64,000 nt of DNA, from contig BQFW01000014.1 in the NCBI GenBank assembly GCA_020891255.1, positions 1,612,001 to 1,676,000 of the forward strand, given 5' to 3'. How positions within the stretch are numbered: position 1 is the stretch's first letter; every line of letters starts with the position of its first letter. The stretch is from Entomortierella parvispora E1425 (taxonomy: Eukaryota; Fungi; Mortierellomycota). Both the position numbers and the translations under genes were made by a program. Below the pieces are notes generated by a model, which was not told the origin of the DNA, made no database searches, and was given only the letters and a program-made list of their open reading frames with translations. Below, piece by piece: positions 35,331 to 48,216 of the stretch.

Positions 35331-36525
35331 CGGTCCGTTTCGCTCCCTTTTGTTGTTCCCTGAGACTCGATTCGACTCCAGTAAAAGAGGACATCCAGCA
35401 CATGGACACGGGCGCATCTCTGCCTCTGCCGGCCTGCCGCTTCGTGAGTGGTGCGACACTGCTATTCTCGACTGCATCCTCTCTTCCGGACGAAAAGAAG
35501 ACAACGACAAACAGCCCACCCGTGGGGAGAATGGGCGAAATCAGAAATCAGTGAGCGGGTACCCTTTTGGTTTTTTGTGTAGGTTGTTGTTGTTGTTGTT
35601 CCGTGGTCTGTGTCCCTGTGTCGAATTTGTTTCCCTTTTCTAGCCTTTTTATTCTTTTATTTTATTTTATTTATTTTATTTTTCTCTCTCTTGTTCTGGC
35701 CTGTTCTCTTTCGCGGGCTGCCCTGCCCTGCCTGCCCTGGCCTTGTTCTACCTTTTTCTTGTTGTTTTCTCATTCAACCTCCCTCCCACGGATCTCTTTC
35801 TCTTTCTTGACTGCATCAAGATCGAAAGCCAAATGACAGATCCACAGCCACGTTTTCGTCCTTTGCTCCGTCTTCGCCCAAGGCCAATTTAAGCTTTTCG
35901 CCCATTGTTGATCAGTGATCACTCCTTCTTGTCCACACACGCACTTTCTTTGGGCTGCTTTTCAGTCCATCGCCACACAACGCGTTTGATGCCTTCACGT
36001 TGGTGTCCTGTGCTCACCCTGTTGACCCCGCCAACAAGCTCGTGCGCACGGAGGTAGACATTTGTTTTCCCTCTGGGTCAGTTCATGTCGTCAGCATCGT
36101 GCCAAAGTCTTGCTCGGAAACAAAAATAAAGGAGATCGACCTGTCCTCTCACGGAAAAAAGGCCGCCAACGTGATGATAGACCAAGGTGAACAACTGAGC
36201 TTGTTACGCTCCTTTGTTCTCGGGGGGCAGGTTGGTAGGAAGGTAGGGGTTTATTTCGTTCATTCAGGCGGCACGGAGTTGTGAACGCCCATCACTTTTT
36301 TTGTTCTCGTGGAAACCACGGAAGAGCTGAAAAAAAGGAGAGACGCGTCCAGCGGACCAACACACGCACATACACCACGTCGTATCCTGTCGTTCAGTGC
36401 GGCCATGTTGAAGGGAAACCCCCCGATGAGCGATGAGCCTGCAAAGCCAAAAAAAAAAAAAAAAGGGGGGGAGTGGAGGGAGGGGAACCACAACGCAGAG
36501 GAACTTTCAATCCTCTCTCTCTTTA

Positions 36526-37496
36526 TTACTTTTGTTTCCTGGTTCGACTCTCCTGAAGTTGTGCTCTTTTAACCTTGATCAACAGGCCGATCGTCGCTCG
36601 AAGGAGTAGCACCTACCACGGTTCCACGGCAATCAAAGATAACAGAAAGGAGATATCAGAGTCAGATCAAACTCGAACTGAAAAAAAAAAGGCAAACACA
36701 GACTCACCACAGCCAACATGGCGTTGATCAGGTGAGGAAGGGCCCACACAAGACCCATAAAGACACCATATGAATCAAAGTAATTGTCATCAGAAAAGAG
36801 CTGCCAGTGGCGGTGACCGATCCCGTTCAGTGGCTCTGAAAGGGCAGCCAGGACGACTTTATGTTTTGTTTATGCAAAAAAATGGTCAGAGAATATGTTA
36901 AATGGTTAGAGAACGGGCAGTGATTCACAAATCCAGGTAAAAATAGCAACATACTGGTACAAAATAGCATAGCCCCAAGAGCATTAGGGTTGTTACGGAG
37001 CAGGATGATCGTGATGAAGATGATCAGGTGCAACGCCAGGATGATCTGGATCCATGTTTGTTCCCACTCGACCTATTTTCAATGATATATTCGGAACTGA
37101 GTCAGCGCGGGATCGTCGTCCAAACGACGATGGATGGCGCAGGCAACAACAGTAATATCTCCTTACGGAGGAAATGAATCCGAAAGCAGCGGTTTTCATG
37201 TCTGTCCACGCGAACTGGATATGCTCCATGGCTGTTGTTGGTGCAGATCCTTGGTGTCCATGTTGCAGCTGCCGCCAGAATTTTTCAAACGAGGCCATGT
37301 CTGAAAACTGCTTCTTTTGACCGTGCTGTGGTGGTTGTTCCTGTTTTACTGGTGGTACTGACGAGTCTGACGCAGTGGAGGAGCCGTCCATGAGCGAGTC
37401 AAAGAATGTAGAGGAGAAAGGATGGGTGAACTGGTAGAGCGTGTTCCAGAAGTCGTCCCAGAACTGGGCCGAGGATGTTGACTCTGAGGATGCCAT
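36526..37496 (-). CDS. TMEM18: Transmembrane protein 18 homolog, 4 exons
   Basis: Spliced: ...FISSVEWEQTWIQIILALHLIIFITII...LSEPLNGIGHRHWQLFSDDNYFDSYGVFMGLVWALPHLINAMLAV...KVKRAQLQESRTRKQK*. This matches the TMEM18 W-x-x-F-S-x-x-x-Y-F-D-S-x-G-x-F signature. Confidence 0.85.
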
Positions 37497-37869
37497 GAGG
37501 GGCCAGCAATGATCTGCTACGGGGTGCTGATGGGGCGCGTTGTGAAGATGTTTTTGCCACAGTGAGACGCAATTTGGGCTAATGGAGATGCGGCGGAGAG
37601 AGAGAGGGAGAGAGGGAGAGACAAAAGGGGTGCCACCAAAAAGAAAGTCTGGAGAGAAAAGAGAGCATATGAAAGACCTCTGTGTGCCGTGCCACGCTGC
37701 GTGGAACACACCAGACCTCGCCAGCCCGCCAGTGTGACGTGGGAACTGAGAATGGCGGGTCGGAGGAACCAGCGAGAAGGCACCCCACACGTCCTCTGTT
37801 TGTGTTTTCTCTTTCCTTCTTTTCCTTCTTCCCCTCACTCTTTCCTTCTTCCCCTCCCACACCCCCACC

Positions 37870-39855
37870 ATGGACGCCCAGCTCAACCAGTTCTTTGCCC
37901 AGGTCGACAAGGACCAGAACCTCTACGTCGAACGCCTCCGCGAGGTCGTCGCCATCCCCAGGTAGCCAATCTCTTCTTTGCTCTTCCTTCCTGTCCCTCA
38001 TTCTCGCAATCGAACCGTGGGAAACAAGTCGATAGATTCTCCGAGTGGTCATGGGAACTTGCACTCCCGGAGCTGAATCCTCTCTTCTTTACATCAAGTA
38101 CATTACATTCATACAATGTACCTGTCTTCTCTGTTGCACCTTTTATTCCGTGTCCTTCGGACATTGTCATTCTCTGGCGATCAAAAGCACGCCTTAGTGT
38201 TGTCCAAGCACGAAGACTGACTCGATTCTTTCCCCGTTCAATTTAGTGTCTCCTCCGATGTCGCTCTCCGCCCTCAGGTTTTCCGCATGGGCGAGTGGAT
38301 CCAGAAGGAGCTTACCCGTCTCGGTGTCGAGTAAGTGCACAGTCGTTTGTTATCTCTGCGCAAACACATGGATTACGTGCAGCTCAATTGACGTTAACAT
38401 TCTTGCTCTAGATTCGTTACCCGTGATCCCGGCACCCACGAGATGGACGGCCACACTCTCCAGCTTCCCCCTATTGTTTTGGGTGCTTATGGCCGTGACC
38501 CCGCCAAGAAGACCATCTTGGTCTATGGCCATTACGATGTCCAGCCCGCCCTCAAGGAGGATGGTTGGGCCACCGAGCCCTTCGAGTTGATTGAAAACGA
38601 GAAGGGTGAGCTCGTTGGACGTGGTTCCACCGATGACAAGGGCCCTATTCTCGGATGGTTGAACGCCATCGATGCCCACCAGAAGCTTGGTCTTGAGCTC
38701 CCCGTCAACCTCCGCATGTGCTTTGAGGGTATGTGAAGGGATTCTTTTTTCATGAATTCGCAGAATGTTGGGGCAGTATCTAAACGATTTTTAAAATCTA
38801 TCTTACTTCCTTAGGTATGGAGGAGAACGGATCCGAGGGTCTTGATGATGTTATTATTGCCGAGGCTAAGGGCTGGTTCAAGGATGTCGATGCCGTCTGC
38901 ATCAGTGACAACTACTGGTTGGGTGACAGCAAGCCCTGCATCACCTACGGTCTCCGTGGAATCTCTTACTACAAGGTTGCCATCAAGGGACCTGGCCGTG
39001 ATCTTCACTCTGGTGTCTTTGGTGGTACCGTCCACGAGCCCATGACCGACTTGGCCTACATCTTCTCTAAGCTCGTCACTCCCCAGGGCAAGATCCTTAT
39101 CCCCGGCATCATGGACGATGTTGCTCCCTCCACCGGTATGTTTTTTTTGTTAACGGAAACCTTTCCTCCTGGAACGAGAATATGTTTCTGTCGGATTTAA
39201 AGAAACTGACATTGTTCCACGAATATTTGAAAAAATAGCTGCTGAGGAGGCTTCCTACCCTCCTTTGGACTTCAACTTGCAGACCCTCCACAACGCCATT
39301 GATGCCACCAACACCATCCATGACAACCACATTGATGCTCTGAAGGGTCGCTGGCGTTACCCCTCCCTCTCCCTCCACGGAATTGAGGGAGCTTTCTCCG
39401 CCGCTGGAGCCAAGACTGTGATCCCTGCCAAGGTCATTGGAAAGTTCTCGATCCGCTCCGTCCCCAACATGGTTCCCGAGAGAATCAACGAGCACGTTAT
39501 CAAGTACATCAACGCCGAATTTGCCAAGCTCGGATCCAAGAACACCATCGAGATCGAGTGCCTCCATGCTGGTAAGCCTTGGGTTGCTTCCTTCGAGCAC
39601 CCCAACTACGTTGCCGCCGCCAAGGCTGTTGAGCGCGTCTTCAAGGTCAAGCCCGACTTGACCCGTGAGGGAGGTTCCATCCCTGTGACCTTGACCTTCC
39701 AGGATGCCTTGAACAAGAACGTTCTCTTGTTGCCCATGGGCCGCTCCTCGGATGGTGCTCACTCGATCAACGAGAAGTTGGACCGCTCCAACTACATTGA
39801 GGGTACCAAGTTGCTCGGTGCCTACCTCTGGGAGCTCTCTGGCCTCCAGTTCTAA
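37870..39855 (+). CDS. DUG1: Cys-Gly metallodipeptidase / CNDP2 (M20 family), 5 exons
   Basis: [74 protein letters not shown]. Confidence 0.96.
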
Positions 39856-40949
39856 GAAGTGGATGCGAACGCGTCCTTTTTCTTTGCCTATTATCGTTAT
39901 TGAGAGTTCATCTACCAGATCAGTTATGTGTCGTTGAAGGGAGGAGTTAAAAAAAAAAAAAAAGTGAATAGTCTTTTACACGCTGTCCCCTCGATGGCAT
40001 GGCACATGTACCATAAAAAAATTTTTGCATTTCTCCTTGAGCCCTTCCGAGAATCTCTTTTTTTTTTCTGTGCCCGCCAACCTTGATTTTGCCCTGCCAC
40101 ATCTTTGATCGAGTTTTTCAACCACACAGAAAGAAAAAAGAAGGAATCAAAAAGCACGGAGCACCTGTCGTGCTGTGGATCCCCTCGTCCGCGTGGGCAG
40201 GGGCAGGAACGAGGGACAAGGAGGCAAAAACAAAGGCAGGGACAACAACATGCGGCAGATGACATAAAGCAGGGCAACACAAGCAACTGTCGGGAAGGCA
40301 CTTCAGTGGTGGGTGTGATGCATGTTCTGTGCTCTGGTATCCAAGGGGGAAGCCGTTTAGAGATTATTGACAGTGGCAAAGGGACAAGAGACAGAGATTG
40401 AGAGAAAGATAGACAAGGAGGCAGACAGACAGACAGACAGACAGACAGACAGCAGGGGAAGATTGGAGAAAGAAAAGCGAAATGGGCGCAGGAAGACAGG
40501 AACAAGCAGCCAGCCACACGAGACGAGGGGCAGCACGACAAGAAGCGGCGACAGTGCCATGGCAGCAAGAAGTCCCCACTAGACTAGCTTGCGCGATGCT
40601 CCATGACGGACAGTCAGACCGGGAGGCACTGCAGCGTGTCTTGCTTGCTCCCTGGTGTTCGTCCCCTTTGGTGCTTTCCGTCTGGCCATTATCTTCTTTT
40701 CTCTCTCTCTCTTTTGCTCTCTTGTATCCCATCTCCATCCCCCTCTTCCATGCATTGCATTGAGCAAAGAGAAGAAGATAGAAAACACAGTAGCCTTCTT
40801 TCTCCCCTTTTTTGAATCCTTTTGCCCTCGGTCGCATTCATTCCTTCTCACCTTGCTCTCTCTCGCTCACTCTTCTTCACCCACACATCTCGCTTCTACC
40901 CCTCTTTTTCCATCCTTCCCTCCATTGTCGTTGACGCGTCTGCTCTTTT

Positions 40950-43900
40950 ATGGCCGACAGTCTCTTCACGGCAGCCCTACAACAGGCCCAGGCCATCAAT
41001 GAGGCCGCAAAAACGGCCCAGGCCAACAAAGTCTCATGCCAGGCCATGAACCATCGAATTCAGATTGCCAACGAGATCATCAGGACTGCATATGAGCGAC
41101 AGCAGGCCAATCCCAAAACCCCTGTCTTTGCCATCAATCCTTTCAAAACCTATGTCGCCCTCCTGGAGCGAATGCGAGATTTTGTACTCGAGATTAGCAA
41201 GAGAAAGACCTTCTCAAAGGTATGGTACAGAAAGGCAAAGCTGGATGGCGATAAGAGCCCCTCGCACGTTTGTTTTCTTTTTACACACCATTGAGCTCAG
41301 AGAGCAAAGAACAGGAGAGAAGGTGTGAGAGGGGAGAGAAAAAAGGAACAAAGACCAGACTCTTCTGGCTAACTCCATTTTTTTTTTCTTGTCCGAAACA
41401 GCTTTTTTACGCGTTAAGGTACCGCGACGAGTTCGATGCGCTGCTGCGTGAATTTGACAACTGTGTCTTGGAGGTGAGTTTGAATCTACCCGTTTCGAAA
41501 AAAGGGCTGTTGGACAACTTGTGGATGATTTCAACTGCGGCCACGACTGAGCTCATGCAGGCAGTCGTTTGTGTACGTTCGTGTGAAGGCTGCAGGGGGG
41601 GAAACACACCACTAACCTCGCCTCGTTCGATCTCTTTCCCCCTATCATTTATTCTCGTTTCAATCAAGCTTAATCTCGGTATTGCCCTGAGAACGCAGGC
41701 TCAATTGGAGACTGACAGGAACGCGCTAGAAGAGGACATGGTTGAGCTCAAAGATTTCCGGAAGGACCTGCAAAACGGTTTGGAAAGTCTTGGTGGCCAA
41801 CTCGTTGGCATTCGTCAAATGATTGCAACCAATCGACCCATGGATGATATCCTGGCCCAAGTGGAGCTAGACTACACTCAGGTTGTGCCCATCTCTCCTG
41901 CAGAAACTCGACGAGGAAGAACGTTTCCCGTTCATAAGCGATCTTGGCTGGCTCAAGAGGTGGCAGAGAAACCTCTGGGCTACTTTGGATCTCAGGACAT
42001 GTTGGACATGCTGAAAAGTGAGGTCGCAATCCTGAAGAAACTGGACCGATGTAACTACATTACAAAGTTCATGGGCGTGACCAACAAGAACAACCAGATC
42101 AGCATTATCATGGAATGGCTTCCTAATGGCGATCTGGCGTCATATTTGGCCAAGGTACAGGCACTGATTGTCATTTCAGAGGATTCAATGGCAGCAAACC
42201 GTTGAAAAATGGGCTTGGCTGATGGTAAATCATTTCTTTGTTACTAGGACGAAATGGATTGGGAGCAAAAGCTGTTTATTGCTGCTGATATTGCCAGGGG
42301 TCTTCAATTCTTGCACGAGGTAAAATGCTGGAAATTTCTTCATTCCCACTAACGCCGCTTGAGGACCGATGGCCTAATAACTATACTATTTATAATGTTC
42401 TTAGGTCGGAATTATCCACAAGACACTGCGTGCAAAAAACATTTTGTTGACGAGGTTCAATCAAGCAAAGATTACCAACTTTCGACAAAGTCGTTTGGAT
42501 ACTGCGCAGACGCGACCCATGTCAGACCCATTCAGTTTTGTCCGCTGGCTGGCACCAGAGAAGATGACACCGAAGGAGGTCAGATACGGTGCCGAGTGCG
42601 ACATTTACAGTTTTGGTATGCTACTCTTTGAGATTGCGTCGAACAGAATCCCGTTTTTGGGTCGAAGTGACCGGGAGTTGCCAGAGTTGATTGTCCTCAA
42701 GGATTTCTATGAGACTGTTCCAGCAGGCACACCCGTTGAATTCGCCAACATCATGTCTGCTTGTTGGTCTCATGATCCTCGACTTCGACCAACTGTATCT
42801 CAGGTCTTGTTGATTTTGAGAGATGCCTGTGTCAAGTTTGAGAATGGTCAGCACAATTTTGGAGGGTTGCCTGCCGACCTAAAGGAACCAGCCCCACTTT
42901 TTGCCATCATGCCCCCAGAGGAGAGTGAAGTATATCCGATTTCGCCACCCATGACACCTATTGGATCCAGTAATGGTCTTTTGACTCCCGATGTGTGGAA
43001 CAATCCTTATGTGAACAAGCGCTATGTTGAGGAATCACTTGAGGAGTTGAGGCAGTCGCAACAGCAGATCAGCCAGCAGGTGCCTACCGCAATGCCACCG
43101 CAGATTCAATCTAAGCCTCAAACTCTACCTACACCCCAGCCTTTAAAGCCACTGACACCGTCGCCACAACCATCGCAGGCGACTCAAACCCAGAGACCCC
43201 TGCAACCTCCGCCTCACCCCCATCCCCATGTCCATACTCCATCTCAGCAAAGGCAGGGAAGTTCATTAGGGGTGCCCACCACCATGACGACAAATGTGCC
43301 ACCAGTGCAAACGCAATCACTGCAGACCCCGCAGGTTCAAACGCAGCAGAGCTACCCCACAAATTCCGTTCTAGCGCCTGTTCCTCCACTTCAGATCCGG
43401 TCACCGGTAACCCAGAATGTTCAGCAACAACATTTACAGCAACAGCAACAGCAACAGCAGCAACAACAACAGCAACAACAACAGCAACAGCAACAGCGAC
43501 AGAACTCAGTGTCGCCTGTCCAGTTCCGTTCAAATAATGACTCAAAGCAAGAGTATTCGGAGACTGAGCTCAAAGTGGAAGTTCCCAGTACCCCAAGACA
43601 ACAACCGCCGCAAACGCAATCTCGACAATCAACGCCCTTTTCCAATGGCAGTTCTGCCCCTCGACCGGCTACTATCGCCCATCCTATCATGAGCAGTCAA
43701 GCCTCTTCGCCGAGCCTAACAGCCATTCCAATCCCATCTTCATCAGCGCCAGCACACAGTCACCAAGGCAGTCTGGATAGTCCACCTCTTGTGAACAGAG
43801 ATACTCGTCCTGGCATCAAGAACAAGAGGATCATTCGACCCCCAGAAGTCAGCATGAATAGACTCTCACTCCAAGAAGGACCTGCCTCCTCGTCATCGGC

Positions 43901-44960
43901 ATCGACTACACATCGACCTACAATGCACGATCGTGAGTCGTCCTTATCCTCGTCCTCGTCTTCATCATCCTTGCCCACACCTGGTGGCATGAACTCTGGC
44001 TTTAATAATCACCAAACCAACGGTGGCTTTAGCAACGCGGGACCCATGTCTCCTCCAGGAGCTAACGGTGGCTATAACAACACGGCGCCCATGTCTCCTC
44101 CAGTATCCAACGGTGGCTACAACACAGCACCCATATCTCCTCCAGTATCCAACGGTGGCTACAACACAGCACCCATGTCTCCTCCAGTATCCAACGGTGG
44201 CTACAACACAGCACCCATGTCTCCTCCAGCAGCCAGTGGAGGCTATAACAATACAGCACCCATGTCTCCTCCAGTAGCCTTTCCATCCTCGTCGTCTCAT
44301 CAGTCCCTTCATTCAGCCATGGGAGGACCTGCTCCATTAAGGCCAGTCAACCAGAATCACAACAGCACCAACTTGCTGGTCGGTCGGCCGGTTTCGCCTA
44401 ACCCTCACAACAGCCCCTATACTATGTCCCGTGCATTGCGTCTCCACGAGAATCAGGAGCGAGACAAAGCGTGGGCGATCTTCAAAATGTTTAACGACCA
44501 AGGAAATGTCGAGGGCATGTACTGGACAGCCTACTACCTTTTCCATGGTGAAGGTGGACAGGCTCAGGATCGAAAGCGGGCGTTTGAGATCTTTTTGACG
44601 GTGACGCGAATGGAGTTGTTGCAGCCGCCGACGACGGCGTTTGATTCCATGACGCAGCATCAACAGATGCAGCAGTTGCATTTCCAGCGACTTGCCGCGA
44701 ACGCCAATTTCTACACGGCCGTCTGTTATTTGGAGGGACAGGGTGTGGAAAGGAACCATTTGATGGGATTTGGACACATGGAAATGGCGGCCGATTCAGG
44801 GAACGCGTTTGCTCAGTACCTGGTGGGAGACGCGTACCATAAAGGCAGTGCAGTCGTCCAGGCGAATATTCAGAGGCGGAATCATTACTGGCAATTGGCT
44901 GCGAGACAGAGGGAGCAAAGAGCCATTGACCAATGTCGAAAGTTTGGTATACCTATTTGA
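40950..44960 (+). CDS. MLKL-like protein: N-terminal helical bundle + brace + pseudokinase + Q/P-rich linker + Sel1-like repeats, 5 exons
   Basis: Helical N-terminus (AQAINEAAKTAQANKVSCQAMNHRIQIANEII...LLERMRDFVLEISK...FDALLREFDNCVLELNLGI). Kinase fold with VAEK, SEVAIL, IIHKTLRAKNILL (HRD to HKT), KITNFR (DFG to NFR), WLAPE, DIYSFGMLLFEI. C-terminal GNVEGMYWTAYYLFHGEG / ANFYTAVCYLEGQGV / GNAFAQYLVGDAYHKG. Confidence 0.85.
44019..44280 (+). repeat. Coding tandem repeat, six 14-16-aa units (NGGYNTAPMSPPVS consensus)
   Basis: 42-bp core unit aacggtggctacaacacagcacccatgtctcctccagtatcc repeated in frame. Confidence 0.95.
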
Positions 44961-45197
44961 TCATGAAAAGCATTTGGAGAAGAAGCAAAGAGGAATGAGA
45001 ATATATTGAAGTAAAAAAAAAAAAACGACGAATGTTTTATTTACAAGATCTGAAGGCTATCGTTCGAGCTGAACATTGAATGAGAAAGCAAGGGGGGGAA
45101 TAACAGGGGAGAATATGTAAATGTTTGTTTTATCCACCTTTTATGTAATCCAAGGGGAGAGTGGAAAGGAAAGGAGAAAAAAAGGGCCAGATCATGA

Positions 45198-46591
45198 TCA
45201 TGATCGATGTGTGGAGCAGGGCCACTTTGAGTTGGTCGTGCACGCGTAGCAGAATTGGTGGCCGCATCTGCAAGTCATATGGTTGCATCCTGTTTTGAAG
45301 TTAAAAAAAAAATCAGTCGATGACCAAGCCGACGCCAAGAAATGAAAAGAGGCGGTGTTTCTCGTCGTGTTTTTTTTTTTTTACCTTGAGTTTTCTCGAC
45401 CATGTGCTTACAACCAGGACATGTTTTCCATTTGTGTTCTGCACACAGTTTCTCAAACGCAAGATCGGCCTCTTTGATATTCTTGCTAGCCTTGAGAGCT
45501 TCACAGGTCATTCCTTTTTTTTTTTTTTGTATTGGAGGAAAAAAGTTGTGAGTTATTGGGTGACATCGTCCATTCTGAAAGAAACAAAAAGACATGCACA
45601 TCAGCACTATACCTGGGTGACTCTTGTCCGAGCAGAGGGCACAGAACTGATAGTCGCAATAAGGACAGTTCACTTCCCGCAGATGATCTTGTGAATGGTC
45701 CCCGCCTCCGTCAATGAGTCGGCCACAGGTTGTTTGAGGACAGTAGATCTACTCAGAAGGGGAAAAAAGAAACCCTTGTTAGCGTGTGTTTTTGTCTGAT
45801 TTCGAGTCACTTTCAGTGGAGAGAGAGAGAGAGAGAGAGAAAGAAAGAGAAAAAGAAAAAGATAATTACCTTATCCTTGACAGCATACTCCATCGCCGTC
45901 GAGTGCCAGAGGTTGGCTTCTCCGCCCAGGAACATCTCGATCAGGAACGGGTCCTCAATCGCCTCACGGCAATTCTCGGCAGGACAGAGCACGGGCCAAG
46001 CACGGGCCTGGACTTGAGTCGCCACATGTCTCGACAGACATTCAAAGCAAAACAAATGATCCTGTCCACAAGGCAAAGACCCACCCAGCTTCATCGCCTC
46101 GGGCGTCTTGGAAGGAGGCGAGGGTGGTGGCGACGATGCAGGCGAGAGTGGGAATGTGCTTGCACGGAGCGTGACCGAGAACTCTGGGGTGGGAGGACGA
46201 GGAGACGGATCAGGACGACCGACGCGGAAGGCGCTGTACTTGAAGATGGGTAAATCAACAACACTTCGCGAGTGACCGGAAGGGCTGCTGCTGTAATAGA
46301 TACCAAGGGGGTTGTTCCCCCCACTTGACCGGTTCTTGTATCGAGTGAACAACGAGGCGAGCGGGTGTCGAGACTTTGTGCCCCCAGCTGTCGAATGTTG
46401 ATGCGACGAGGAGGATGTTGGTGGTGCAATGGATGAGAGTGGTGGCAAAGTAGATAGGGGCCGAGGAAGGGAGGAGGACGAGAACGAAGAGGGGGAGCTT
46501 GTTTCGTCCCAGGATGAAGTATGAGAGGACAGAGATGAAGAAGAGGAGGTCGTCGACAATGATATGGATGGAGGGTCGAGTGGGGGTTGAC

Positions 46592-46623
<32 letters not shown>

Positions 46624-47228
46624 TGTCGCTGTTGCTGTCGTTGTTGCTGAATCTCTTGGAGTATCACTTGCTGTTCTGCAAGATCAAACTCGATCGACCC
46701 CAAGTCTACTGCATCGTCTTCGACGACCTCAGGCGACGTGGGGGGTGAGGGAGGCAAAGGAGGGGCTTCTTCGGGGTGTTGGAGGTGCAAGAGGGAGATC
46801 CACTCGAACTCCTCAAAGCAAATTTTGCACTCTTTAACCTCCTTCCGTGTCAAAGGTTGCACTGTTATCGCCAGGGAAGTGGCGGTGGTAGCAGTGGCGT
46901 CAGTGTCGGTGGCGAGGGTTGCCACCAAAGTAGGGCTCTGCGGGTTCAAGGAGGGAGTCTGCTCTTGTGTGTTGATCAACAGAGCGTCGGGCCTTGCCAA
47001 GGATCTGGGAGGGATTGCAGGAGGTGAGGCCGGAGGCAAAGTTGAACGATGCCTTCGATAGGGGTCCTTGACGGGTGGTACCATTGTCGGCCGAGGACTA
47101 GATGCTCGAGGGACTCGAGGAACCCGAGAGAGCGTGCATGTTGGAAAGGGCGCAGTACTGCTGCTGCTGCTGCTGCTGCTAGCTTTGTGGTCATTGTCGA
47201 TAATGATCCTGTAGGATGGATGCTGCAT
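45198..47228 (-). CDS. RBR (RING-IBR-RING) E3 ubiquitin ligase, 4 exons
   Basis: CKIC...CGQDHLFCFEC...CPAENC (RING1); IYCPQTTC...CPYCDYQFCALCSDKSHPGMTC (IBR); [31 protein letters not shown] (RING2 with catalytic Cys). The start codon is uncertain. Confidence 0.9.
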
Positions 47229-48216
47229 GGAAGAGCAATTTAAAGGTGCGAGGTACAGAAGAAAGACAAAGGTGACAAGAAAGAAGGCAAAGACCGAGTC
47301 ATGCAAGATGGTGAATAAGGACGTGGGGTCATCCACCATGGAAGCGGTCGAGACGGATGAAGGAAGAGAGGGCGGGAAGGAGCAGTCGGTGAGGCAGTTG
47401 GAAGGGTCAGCCGGGGAAACAGAGGAGAAGAGAGAAGGAGGAAAAAGAGACGAAAAGAAGATGCGCTGATGATGGTCAGAGGGAGAGGGTGACCGACACG
47501 TTGACCGTGCGAGATTTCATTGTTCCCTTCTTTTTGTCCTTTTGTGTTTTTGCCTTTGGCCGAGTGGTGTTGGCTCGCATGCAAGCTCGCTCTGCAGTGC
47601 AACCGTGCATGATTGCACCTAGAGAATGCACTTGCCCAGCTCAAGGTCTCTTTGCCTTTCCTCCTGCCTCTGGCATTGTGCAAGAGAGGCGCATCAAACA
47701 TCATCCTTCCCTCCCTCTTCTCACTTTATTCGTGCACTGTTTGTTCGTCCCGAGGCGGACTGCGGTATCTTTTTTCCTTCCATTTATCCATCAGTTGCAG
47801 GTCCAGAGTAGAAACACACATATTTTTGGATCCACTAATACACATGTCGACCTTCACAGTCGAAATAATTCCGTTATTTTAATTTCTTACTCGGTGTTGT
47901 CGACTCGAATCCAGAGGAAGAAATCACCTGCAGAAAAGAATGGGCGGTGCAAAATGTCAACGAGAGAGAAAGAGAAATGGGAATTTTTTTAACGTCTACT
48001 CCATGGAGGCGTTCCCTTCATCGCATCGCCTCATCGCTTCATCCAAAAGGGGGGCAATTCACGAAAGAGACGCGTCGGGGCCATTGCATGCACCATGCAC
48101 CACAAAAGCGCCAAACTCTGTTAAAAAAAGAGTGCCTGCACTTCTATTTTCTACATTCTGAAGGAGCTCTTGTTTTTTTTTCTCTATGTTTTGTCCCACA
48201 TCGCTCTTGTTCTGTA

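Noticed and set aside
34597-35554. ORFs with TDRQ/VCLS repeats
   Set aside because: Translation artefacts of the (GACA/GTCT)n microsatellites.
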